DNA of 62,713 bases, counting the filler, from Collodictyon triciliatum (Eukaryota): NCBI GenBank assembly GCA_043381765.1. It is 33 parts of 33 records of this genome, joined end to end, with 100 filler letters (N's around TTAATTAATTAA, not from the genome) between each part and the next. Parts side by side here need not be neighbours in the genome. Positions count along the whole stretch, not along the records: positions 1 to 1,817 come from JBHJMP010010244.1; positions 1,918 to 3,692 come from JBHJMP010010245.1; positions 3,793 to 5,566 come from JBHJMP010010246.1; positions 5,667 to 7,440 come from JBHJMP010010247.1; positions 7,541 to 9,314 come from JBHJMP010010248.1; positions 9,415 to 11,187 come from JBHJMP010010249.1; 27 more parts are not named here. The stretch is one strand, 5' to 3'. Numbering within the stretch: the stretch's first letter is position 1; each line of letters opens with the position of its first letter. The position numbers and the translations under genes are program-made. The notes beneath the pieces are model-generated. The model was given only the letters and a program-made list of their open reading frames with translations, did no database searches and was not told the DNA's origin. Below, piece by piece: positions 1 through 11,287 of the stretch.

Positions 1-1817
1 CGATTCGAAGATATTATAGTGTTGGAAAGCAGTTCTTTTTTCGTCTGGTGAGTGCATTTCTATCCTATTGCAACCAATATCTCAGTGTAAGTTGAATGTT
101 ACCAGTTCTGCCGATATAATATTCACCAAACATAGGAATATTCAGCAAACATGATTTCAAGAATATTCACTATTAAATAAAGGAATTCCCAAATTGAAGC
201 TTAATTTCGTGTCTATTTATCAAATATTTTGATTTTTCATGTGATATAATGTTGATATTATGAATGAAATGTATTCTTCATAAAAATAGATCAACACAAA
301 CATATTGCGTAGGAAAAATGGATGAATTTTTTTAGTGTATAAATTTATTTTCTTTATTTGATTTATAATTTTTACATTAACTTTCCTTGTAATAAATCAA
401 TCTCATATCCGTAAACCACTTGTCTTTGTCGTACACTCATATCTTGATTCAATAATTTAATCCTCTCTCATTTTTCAACTTCATATAAACCAGGTAAATA
501 ATCTATTATTCAGCATCTTTGGATATTCACCGATAAGTTAAAACGTATGATTGTAAATACAAATGAATTTTGATAGATAAGAGTATCATGTGTTTGTGCT
601 TCATATGAGTTGATTAATGACTAAAATAATTAAAAGAGAATGGAACTATTTGCATATAATCATTGTGACGGCTGGAAGTTTAGTCATTCCTAAAATTAAA
701 ATGAAAGTTCCAAATTGGAAAAAAAAGTTCTTGGTTGTTGCATTCGTATAAATCTTTATTCATCATCATAATGAAAAATGTTAGAATAAGAAGAATCATT
801 TATTCGAATCCTCTTAGTGTTAACCATATAATCACACAGTAATTAATCAAGCGACCAGAGGTTAAAACAGCCATATTATCAGATAAATTATAATGAATCA
901 ATTTTTAAAGAAACCCTGTTTGCTTGACAATATCGAATAATAACTATATGAGGAAAATGATATCTCCCTTGGACATGGCTTCCGATAAAATTTGTTCTGG
1001 ATTTAAAAGTCTAAAATTGAGCATATGAAATCTTCCTTCAGTTAGCTGGATTACTAATTGTTTTAGAACTATACTTACTCATGAAGCACAACCATACGTG
1101 TATGGAAATGGCCAAGCGATGAATCGCATCCTAATAATCGGTAAACTTTCATTAACAACTGATTGAAACACCAAAATATGTATTGTGAGAGCTGGGTATC
1201 ATCTCTAAGAGGTTCAATGATTAGCAATAAGTTTCATTATAGATTTGCATGTATCTGTTTTATCGTGATTATATCATTCTCTATAAAAAGGCTCTCAATT
1301 GTGGATTCAAATCAACCAACTCCCTTAAAAATCCAATCGTATGTCTGTTTCCATATTCATATTATTAATTAAATCAAAACCAAAGCACTCATAAGTTATA
1401 TCGATCAAAAATTGACTATATTCTTTTGACTATTAAAAGCGATATGTTTTATGTCAATCTTATATTTCATTGAACTCTAAAACATGAGATTTTTTAGTTC
1501 CTTTGGAACCCAAGATAAAATCAGTGTTTATAAAAAGCTAAAACTCATGATACAAAAATAAAAAAGGTATTGATAGCATTCAATTTACAAGCACAATCAT
1601 TTCAAGAGATATTTTAGAACTGAAATTTTAGCTATTCAATTGGTTTACATTTCTATCAGCGTAGACAAATTGAATCCTTATATTTGAATATTTGATAGAA
1701 AAAATGAATAATATAGAATATCAATAAAATTGTGTATGCATTAATACTTGTACTCGGCCATATTTTGACCAAATAGGAATAAACCGAACAATATCAAGGA
1801 CTCATTAAAATGATAGA

Positions 1818-1917
1818 NNNNNNNNNNNNNNNNNNNNNNNNNNNNNNNNNNNNNNNNNNNNTTAATTAATTAANNNNNNNNNNNNNNNNNNNNNNNNNNN
1901 NNNNNNNNNNNNNNNNN
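1818..1917. other. Artificial contig-joining spacer (N44-TTAATTAATTAA-N44); first of 32 identical spacers, last at 60851-60950
   Basis: Identical 100-nt spacer recurs about every 1.87 kb; the core places stop codons in all six frames. Confidence 0.98.
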
Positions 1918-2092
1918 AAAAAAACAAAGAAACAAAGAAACAAAGAAACAAAGAAACAAAGAAACAAAACAACAAAGAAACAAAGAAACAAAGAAACAAA
2001 GAAACAAAGAAACAAAGAAACAAAGAAACAAAGAAACAAAGAAACAAAGAAACAAAGAAACAAAGAAACAAAGACAGAAAGAAACAAAGAAA
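1918..2092 (+). repeat. (AAAGAAAC)n microsatellite at contig edge
   Basis: Visible tandem 8-mer; source of the spurious FFVSLFLC ORFs. Confidence 0.95.
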
Positions 2093-2397
2093 CATGATTT
2101 TCCAGACTACACTGACTTTATTCATCATACCTCCTGTGCATTTCATGCCCAAACTTTCTAAAATGTTATTTTCATTTTCATTCGTATATTAAAGTACTTT
2201 AACCATAGCGGCTCTTGGGGCAGCCAAAAAAGTGCCCCATCACTATTCCCGCTCTCCACAAAGCTTTGCATACTTTCGGTTTGTCATTCACATTCTATTC
2301 CTATTCGGAACAATAATAGTTTATTAGTCCTAGAGAATGCTACTGCGAGTGATATTTAAGCTACCTGCTTTTCCTAATTCACTTTTCTTTTTATATT

Positions 2398-2456
2398 ATA
2401 TAACAAACAACAATCTTTGAATCGAATAAAGGAAAAAAAATATAACAAACAACAAT
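2398..2456 (+). mobile_element. Ultra-short retroposed insert (tail family A) with 17-bp TSD
   Basis: ATATAACAAACAACAAT (2398-2414) + CTTTGAATCGAATAAAGGAAAAAAA + ATATAACAAACAACAAT (2440-2456). Confidence 0.8.
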
Positions 2457-3793
2457 ACAATTACAATCATCCTCTCTGACTTGATTTTCTACCGCCATGT
2501 GCTTTATTATATACCTTAATTTTAGCCAAGTGAAAGATAAAATCCATTTCACCGACTTTCACTTTCTTCCACCCATCACCCATTACCATACATCTTTCCT
2601 TCACGATATCAGGCAGCAAAGACTTCTGCAGCAACAAAGACACGCCGAGCTGCAAGTTCAAATACAAGGAAGTGGAGAAGACAATACAGATACACAAACA
2701 GATGCAGAAACTACGTTTCCACACAATTCCCACAGTTATCGTGAAACACACGAGACACCCGCGTCAACTAAGAGTCGTGTGAAAATCCAAGTTCACACAC
2801 AATCGAACCGAACTCTTCCCCGCATTAGCCAGGGTCATTCGTCGTTTTCATTTTCAACATATAGCGACGATACATCAACTAATCGTTCCCATCATATATC
2901 GGATATTCGCTTGTTTTCACAGTCATCCGTTCTAGAAGCCTATGCGATTAGGATTCAGGTATGAAACACATGCTATTCATTTAATTTTTTTCAAATAGGT
3001 AATGAATCAATAATATTATATAATTTCGACTCTTGATAAATATTCTTTGCTTCCTCCGCAATACATGGTTTCTTTTTGACTTATATTGCTCTTTCTAAAG
3101 GATATTCTGAAACTTGCATAGAAGTCAATCAAAATTATTATTTTTTCCCTAATTTTTCAACGAATAAGAGGTGGTTTCGAAAATACAGGGATTATCGTAT
3201 CTTCAAAAAGATGAAAAAAGCTCTTCGAGCGACCGTATTTTCCCTTACTATGAAATAAGAAAATGAAAATTTATTCATCAGTTATTTAGTTCAAGATGCG
3301 CTGTTTTGTAAATCATAATTGCAGTTTATATGATTTTGGTATTGGCAACTGAAACAGTTCTATTTCTACTAATGTGGCTAAATGAAGATGTATTTGAAAT
3401 ATAAACTGAAATCTACAAATGTAATCCGCATGAAATATTTCCCATGATTTAATGACGATAATTTCTGTAGGAAAAATCAATCACAACGTATGTGCTGAAT
3501 CATTTAAATCCTATCGAAGCTAAAATGATAGCAGATCCTTCAACACCTGCGATTGTTCGTCTCAGGTTATCCATTCACAGAATGTCTTTCCAAATGAGAA
3601 AGCAAAAAAACAAAAACAAAAACAAAAACAAAAACAAAAACAAAAACAAAAACAAAAACAAAAACAAAAACAAAAACAAAAACAAAAACAAANNNNNNNN
3701 NNNNNNNNNNNNNNNNNNNNNNNNNNNNNNNNNNNNTTAATTAATTAANNNNNNNNNNNNNNNNNNNNNNNNNNNNNNNNNNNNNNNNNNNNT

Positions 3794-5540
3794 GTGTCAT
3801 AGTGTTCTTCACCGTTATATACATCACTTGGGAAGTCCGTCACATTTTGGAGCATCAAAGAGGGGTGTCGTTCTGGAGGCAATCCATAGCTGCGACTAGA
3901 TGTTCGATTGGGATATTGGATTTGTGATGGTGGTGTAGAAGGATTCACATAGTCTGGATTCGATAGCTGGGTACCGGAGTGTGGCTGTGCTATTGAGTGC
4001 TTTGAAAGATACAATTTGTATAAATAAACATGAAGTCAGGTCACATAGAAGGTGATGATAAAGGAAGAGATGAGAAGAAAAGAAAAACACTTTTGCGAAT
4101 GTTCTAAACTACTTTGTTCATGAATTAAATATAAAAAAAGATGGAAATAGAAAATACAGGAATTTTGACTTTTGGCGAAATTTAATCTTTTCTGAATTAA
4201 TAATATTTTTTTTTTTGGAAACTCTGCACCATCACATAAAATTTCTAGAGGCAAAACTCACTTCCAAGATTTTTACTAGACTCTGGTTAATCATTCGCTC
4301 TTTATAAAGCTCTTTCTGAAGTTCGGAATTAGCCTTCTCGTTGGCTTCGACTTTTGATTGCAATTCGGACTAATTATTTGTGGTTGTATTTTAGTGTGTA
4401 AAGAAGTGAGTAAATCCATGTGGATTTTATAGACTTGTTAGAAGAAAACAAAATTTCTAAACTTGAAAATTTTTGGAAATTCTGGTCTTTGAACATGGTC
4501 AGTAAAACATTGTCTAGGTTCGGAAAACAATCAACTGATTCATTACCATCGCCTTCAGCAATTGCTCAAGCTGGCCTTGTATTTCATGGCTGGATGACTC
4601 CCCCAAACTTGATCGAGAGCGAATAGACCCACTTCGTTGGCCTTCCAGTCGATATCTGAATAATATTTGAATGACAAAAAATTAATTAAAGGTTCAGTAA
4701 ATGTGGAACTATGTGATCAAAAGTTTGTACTGCATGTACATGCCGCTGCACTTGGAAATGAATACTTAACACAAACATCATTTTGAGAATAATATGGCCT
4801 TTTATTAATCTTTCTTGAGTAAGACACCCAAAACTCAACTCCGAGAAGTAAAGCTTTTTTTTTAAAAAAAAAAAGAAAAAGAAAGAATCCGCTCAAAAAA
4901 AATCTAAGAAATAAATAAAAATCGATGATATCAAAAGGGATAATGAACCTATCAGATGAATCGCCATGTCCTAACGTGGTATTACCACCATAAATGTAAT
5001 CATCATGATTATAATATGTATTTGGGTTGTGCAAGTTCACTTCTCCATGCGCGAAACCTATACAGAATATTTGAGCAAAAATTCCTTCAATATTATTTTT
5101 TTTTGGTACCAACTCGTCTTAAGTATGTGCACTAACCATCATCTGTGTTCTGGTGTGATGGCGGGAATTTTTTGTACGATAAATACTGCAATTAAAGTCT
5201 ATAAGTAAGTGATTTTACAGATGCACGTATTGCATGACAATTATGATGTTTGTTATGACGCATTATTGGTCCTTAATTGTGAATGTTCATAAGCTTTAGA
5301 AGCGTTTAAAATAGCTCTCGATTGAAGTAACCGAAAAGATTACACATTTTATACGGTAAGTGATAATAATGGAACATAAGCTAATAAACCCAATAATAAT
5401 ATATATATAATGTTGTATACGTGTGCAGAAACGTCCATTGAAGTTCCTCTGGCCGACATCGTCTGGTACTCATAAACAGGTTCTCGGGCTGGCAAACGCG
5501 CGGATACAGGAGGGTCCAGTTCATGGGTCACTGGCTACAA
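3794..5540 (-). CDS. Spliced exons of one or two hypothetical proteins
   Basis: Higher-GC blocks separated by AT-rich introns (e.g. IDWKANEVGLFALDQVWGSHPAMKYKASLSNC*); no recognisable domain. Confidence 0.35.
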
Positions 5541-5666
5541 GAATAAATGGATAAATGATTAAATGANNNNNNNNNNNNNNNNNNNNNNNNNNNNNNNNNN
5601 NNNNNNNNNNTTAATTAATTAANNNNNNNNNNNNNNNNNNNNNNNNNNNNNNNNNNNNNNNNNNNN

Positions 5667-5765
5667 CAAAGCAAAGCAAAGCAAAGCAAAGCAAAGCAAA
5701 GCAAAGCAAAGCAAAGCAAAGCAAAGCAAAGCAAAGCAAAGCAAAGCAAAGCAAAGCAAAGCAAA
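5667..5765 (+). repeat. (CAAAG)n microsatellite
   Basis: Visible tandem 5-mer. Confidence 0.95.
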
Positions 5766-5772
5766 TAATTGA

Positions 5773-7252
5773 ACCTAATGGCCAAAGAGGTCGACGGAGA
5801 TTCATGAAGCGTGACCGAACGAACTATTTCCCATGTTTTTACATTCCATTCACTCAATACGGCATATCCTTTGCGGACATGATGAGTAGTGTATACGAAG
5901 TCTCCCTTCGGTGCATATCTATCGGTATGTTTTTCAAAAATTCATTTTGTAATAAGCGGCAGGGATCGATGATGGAGACAGTTGAGCAAACAGAGCAATA
6001 AATGGCAATAAATGGCAATAAACACACAAAGGCACATAAATATAAAGCAATTAAGATAAAAAAATATGCAGACACACAAAATATTGAAACTATACAGGGC
6101 TCCTCTAAATTCGGCTGTGGGGTCTGAGGACGGACAAACTAAAGTTTTAATCGGCTTGCAACCGTGCACGCGAGTTACTTTACATGATTTGTCGGACGAT
6201 GTTGTGATTACCTATGTATGAACATAATTTTTTTTTTTATCAATCTGAATTATCAAAATGAAAGTGTTTTGAATGAAACATATCGTTTATTGATTAAATT
6301 GAACAAAAAAAAAGATATCTAAATCATCAGATACAAGAAGGAAAGAAGTGATAAATATATCCAGAGGAACATACTAATGAAATAGAATTGGAAAAGAAAA
6401 AGGAAGGTATGCCAAAATCGGGGGTTATGTTTCCATTGAAACCTCAGTTCCTGAAGTGTTATAAACGGCAGTGTAGATCGTGTCATCATGAATTTTGCCA
6501 GCATGCATAACCTTCATAGTGGGATATGAGAGGAAAAGAACTCGCCCATCCTCAGTGGCCAACATAATAGAAGTTCCATTCGGATTAAATATGGCCAGTT
6601 TCTAATGAAAGCAATTGCGAGTTGAGCACATAATAAATGCCCGAGTTATTCCGTTTGTCAATCCATTATTTCGTCTCCTTATTAATTATGCTGTTTATTC
6701 ACGCATAACTTTGCGTACAACGAGAGAATAGAAATAAACATACATATATATATACAAACCTGAGAACGATCAGTGGAAACCTCTTTCCTCAACAATCTCC
6801 GTCGCTCACTTGAACACAGTTTTCACATCAGACAAAGAAATAAAGAAAAAAGAAACCAGCAACAGTAATTCATGTACGAAACAGAAAGTATGTAAATTTG
6901 CATGTAGATCGGCTAATGAATGATTTGACAGTTGATACTTGTCTTTTTACTTCGGCAAAGAGAATGAGTATGTACCCTGCTTTATCATCCGGAAAGTATA
7001 AGTAGCAAGCTTGACCAGCGACGCAGGCGAGGACGTTATCCTTTCATGAAAAGATATAATATATCAAATGTGTCTACCTGAAAATCTGGAATTTCTGTAA
7101 ATAGTTCTTGGGCATTTTTTTTTTTTTTTGGATTTGCTAACTTTGATAGATATGAAACCTTTGGATGGCCACTGAGATGCATCACAACCTCTTTGTCCGT
7201 GAGCTCACGATTTGCTTCAAACAACTTGTTTCCTTTAATTCCAAGGCGAATC
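5773..7252 (-). CDS. WD40 beta-propeller protein, Sec12/PREB-like (partial, multi-exon)
   Basis: Exons translate to LAIFNPNGTSIMLATEDGRVLFLSYPTMKVMHAGKIHDDTIYTAVYN, VITTSSDKSCKV...AEFRGALY and LSEWNVKTWEIVRSVTLHESPSTSLAI. WD40 call is solid; family assignment is tentative. Confidence 0.5.
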
Positions 7253-7599
7253 TAAATAAAGGTGCCTTTTTTAAAATCTCTTCATTTTTTTCATTCATAA
7301 AGATATCATCTGTACATGACGAAGGAAAAAAGAAAGAAAAGTGAAATAAATGAAATAAATGAAATAAATGAAATAAATGAAATAAATGAAATAAATGAAA
7401 TAAATGAAATAAATGAAATAAATGAAATAAATGAAATAAANNNNNNNNNNNNNNNNNNNNNNNNNNNNNNNNNNNNNNNNNNNNTTAATTAATTAANNNN
7501 NNNNNNNNNNNNNNNNNNNNNNNNNNNNNNNNNNNNNNNNTATCTTTCATAGAAAACGGAAAGAATGTCACATGCAAAATTAGATTTTATTTCCACATA

Positions 7600-8283
7600 C
7601 CAAGTTACTTCTGATTCAATCACAGGGTGGGATTTTTTTTTGGAGCCTGATCGAATTCCTTGGGTGCTTCTCTCTCTGGTTCATGAAAAACATATAGTCG
7701 ACTGGACTGTTCAAACTTGATTATGTCTCCGTCCTTCAAAGGAAAATATTTTCTACGCAACACCATATAAACGAATAAATTTTAATTCTACAGTATGTTA
7801 ATTAGAAAGCCATTACTTTGTTGGTGACACAATACCAAAGCAATGTTAGATGCATATATGGGACATTTCTAAAGTCCAAACCTCGGTATAATCGGTTTAT
7901 TATTTACTATGGTGCCGTGAGTGCTCCCAACGTCATAGAGATAGGCTATACCTAATAATAATTGGAAAATCATTATTACAACATCAAATCAATACATTTG
8001 GGCCGTGTTTTCTATATAAAAATATGTACACCTACTTTGCTTTTGAAATTGAATTACGGCGTGAAGTCCTGAAACAGAAGGATGTTCCATGGGGATATCC
8101 GCGGGTTGAGTACGTCCTTTGGGTAAAAAAGTAAATGATATAATAAAAATAGAAATCGCCAAACGAAATAATACACATGTCCACATCTGAGTTAAAAAAA
8201 CACACACACACAGAATAATATATCTGGTACAAATAAAATTGAGATGTATATACTTGTATTCATTAAATGATATTGATAATGCA

Positions 8284-8357
<74 letters not shown>

Positions 8358-8695
8358 ATAGGTGATTTCGTGGTGAGAGAAGAGAGAAGAGAGAATAATT
8401 GCGCCCACCCATCGTGAAGTATGATTTTCCATTCAGCTCAATCATTTGAATTGGGACACCGTCTTTAATCACCTCCAAAGAGAAGGGCACAGCAGATGCA
8501 ACACCCCAACTTGGCGCATCATGGACACCAGCTGCGGTCGAATTCTGGATTGGAGTATGCTCATGTTGGTTGGAGCCATCAGTGTCTTGTGAAGCATCGC
8601 GGGTGGGCTTTGGGGATGCCCCTCTGGTTTCCCTTCTGTAACGTTTTGGACTCCATCTATGTCAACGTCGTATTTACCACAATTACTATGAGTAT

Positions 8696-8726
<31 letters not shown>

Positions 8727-9038
8727 TTGATACTACTATTATGAACCTAAGCTACATAAATGGGGTTTTATTGCTTATTCTTATATATGGTTTACAATCT
8801 TATTATTGTGCCCCAATTGCACATAATATCTGTTTTTGAATATGACACCGTCGTCGATATATCAATAAAAATCCTTTTCTTGTTATATTTTTCATTAAAG
8901 ATGATAAAAGCTGTCTTTTTTTTTTTTCAACAGATCAGGAATGATAAAAGTTGCATTGACGGGCACGTCTGTCTCGGCTAAGTCCTTCTTCTGCAGGCGC
9001 GGGCTCGGTGCGACGAATCCTGGTTTTGGCTCGTCCAT
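7600..9038 (-). CDS. FHA-domain protein, kanadaptin (SLC4A1AP)-like, 5' part, multi-exon
   Basis: PSWG..PFSLEVIKDG..YFTMG/RTQPADIPMEHPSVSGLHAVIQF/YLYDVGSTHGTIVN/LKDGDIIKFEQSSRLYVF follows the FHA GR..S..HA..STxGT pattern; probable start MDEPKPGFVAP at 9038. Confidence 0.75.
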
Positions 9039-9204
9039 TTTTTCGGCTGATCAAAAGGATCTGTCTATGAGTTTGGGTTTGAGTCTCAGCCTGAGTGAGA
9101 AGCGAATAGCCATGAGTTTTTTTTGCTTTTTCCAACAAGCGTCACATACGAGACTATACCACCAGATTAACCGTCATAATGAAAAAAGAAAAAAAGAAAA
9201 AAAG

Positions 9205-9257
<53 letters not shown>

Positions 9258-9414
9258 AAAAAAGAAAAAAAGAAAAAAAGAAAAAAAGAAAAAAAGAAAA
9301 AAAGAAAAAAAGAANNNNNNNNNNNNNNNNNNNNNNNNNNNNNNNNNNNNNNNNNNNNTTAATTAATTAANNNNNNNNNNNNNNNNNNNNNNNNNNNNNN
9401 NNNNNNNNNNNNNN

Positions 9415-11186
9415 ATCACAGATTCGATTACTTCACTCATGCTTTGAGGTCCTGTCTGACCGATTGTTTGAATTTTTACGACTGTTTCTTTCCCTTTGTA
9501 TTTTGTTTTGTACGCACGCCCAAAGGCTCCCTTTCCAAGATATTCAACCAATTCTACTTGTTCCTTTATCCAGGCATCCTTGAGTTCAACATCGATGGAC
9601 ACTAATTCCAGAACTTTTTGGAATTTTTTTCTAATCGCGTGCCTCTGAACTCTTGTTGACGACCTCTGTGCTATTCCTTGAAACATACAAATAACAAATA
9701 AGTGTCTTTCATACGCAAAAAAAAAAAAAGGCAAATTTTTGAGACTCTTTATTAAAAAATAACAAGACGAATTACCTGGCTCCATGTAAACACGCCCTTG
9801 TTTGACAATCTTAATATCCAAATGGTGTTCTTTCGAGCAGACTGTTAGTTCAGAATCATCTATCCTTGTCGATGTCTGAATATAACCATTCTCATCATGG
9901 AGGCGACAAGTTGGGCATTCTAATCGGCAGTATTGAATAAAGTTCGGTCTTATGGATGCTATCTGTTTTACGAAATGACAAAGAACATCAAATATTGGAA
10001 TGCTGGGGTCACTATCTTCATCTCGAGCTACATCGTACTTTCGAATGTTGATTGAAATATGATTTTGGCTAATTTGGTACAAAACAAGGTAATCGCTTCC
10101 TGGTGTCATCTTCATCTCTTTGGATTCTTTTTCGCATTCAGCTTTCAAATGTACGAGAGCGAGGTCCTTGAAAAAGTAGTCTTCATATTGAGCACCAGCT
10201 GGGGCTTCTTTAGTCAATCTCAGAGTCTGGACGACTATATTGCTTTTATCAGAAATTTGAACCTCTCCACGCGTCACTATTTTTATTGAAGTCTCTGTAA
10301 TACAATTGGACTCTGGTTGTTCATTCCATAAAACAGATAGATTTTGGCAATTCTCCATCAAAGAAGGAAAAGCTATGCATTCCTTGTTAAAGTGAATTCC
10401 TAGTCCAAAATGATCGAATATACCAATAACTGTGTTGTAAACTTTCTCATCCAACTCAATCCTAAGTTCTTTTTCAACTTTTTCTTTTAATCTTGTTAAC
10501 AAGACGATCCCGTTCGATCTTCTTCCGATGCCTCTGAAGCTAAAGACACACCGAAAGATACTGATGAGAAACAGCGGGTCAAGAAAAACGATATTCTTTA
10601 CATCTTCTAATGAAGAGTACCAAACAATTGAACCCAGATCGTGCAAGAATTTAAGGGCGTTTTGACTTTGGTTTACATTCATACTCAGCTGCTTCTCTGC
10701 AAAATCGTATGTATCCCCAATATTCTCATATTTCATGAATTTTCCTTTCGAATCTAAATATTCTTTAAGGCGAACATATGCTTTGGGGACTTCCTGATTC
10801 ATATTGCCCAGTTGCATCATACCCTCATATATTATCTTCTTCAGCCCCGAAATTTTTCTTCCGCTCTTATTACTTACTCTTAAATCCGTATGAATGAATG
10901 TGTGTTGCTGACCCGTTTTCTTTTTTGATTCGTTCTCCTTGATTCGTTTTATTTCTGCCAGCATTTCATCTTTGCACTCTCGTTTTTGGCAATCTTTGTG
11001 TGTTCCAGCGATTATAATTTTCGAGCCAGGCGCAAAATCGTCAAGCATTTTTATCCAGCGCGCAAGATTGTTCCTTTCTTTACCTTGGTCAAGTCTGTAC
11101 AAAATCAAAACAAGTGCACCTGATGATAAAAAGAACGGATGTGTGACTTGAAATTCTTCTTGTCCACCAAAGTCCCATATCCTCAT
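9415..11186 (-). CDS. Roco protein fragment: Roc GTPase C-half, COR domain, start of kinase domain
   Basis: IWDFGGQEEF..THPFFLS (G3), GTHKD (G4), VSNKSG (G5); COR ALKFLHDLGSIVWY..VFLDP; kinase LGKGAFGRAY..VVK. Likely in-frame 99-bp GT-AG intron at 9775-9677. Confidence 0.9.
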
Positions 11187-11287
11187 GNNNNNNNNNNNNN
11201 NNNNNNNNNNNNNNNNNNNNNNNNNNNNNNNTTAATTAATTAANNNNNNNNNNNNNNNNNNNNNNNNNNNNNNNNNNNNNNNNNNNN

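Noticed and set aside
1862-1873. TTAATTAATTAA palindrome recurring about every 1.87 kb
   Set aside because: Assembly linker embedded in Ns; not biological periodicity and not a CRISPR repeat.
4545-4660. In-frame TGA codons suggesting an alternative genetic code
   Set aside because: Another frame reads open from the splice acceptor, and conserved genes (dynein, kinases, ZFAND2) translate cleanly with the standard code.
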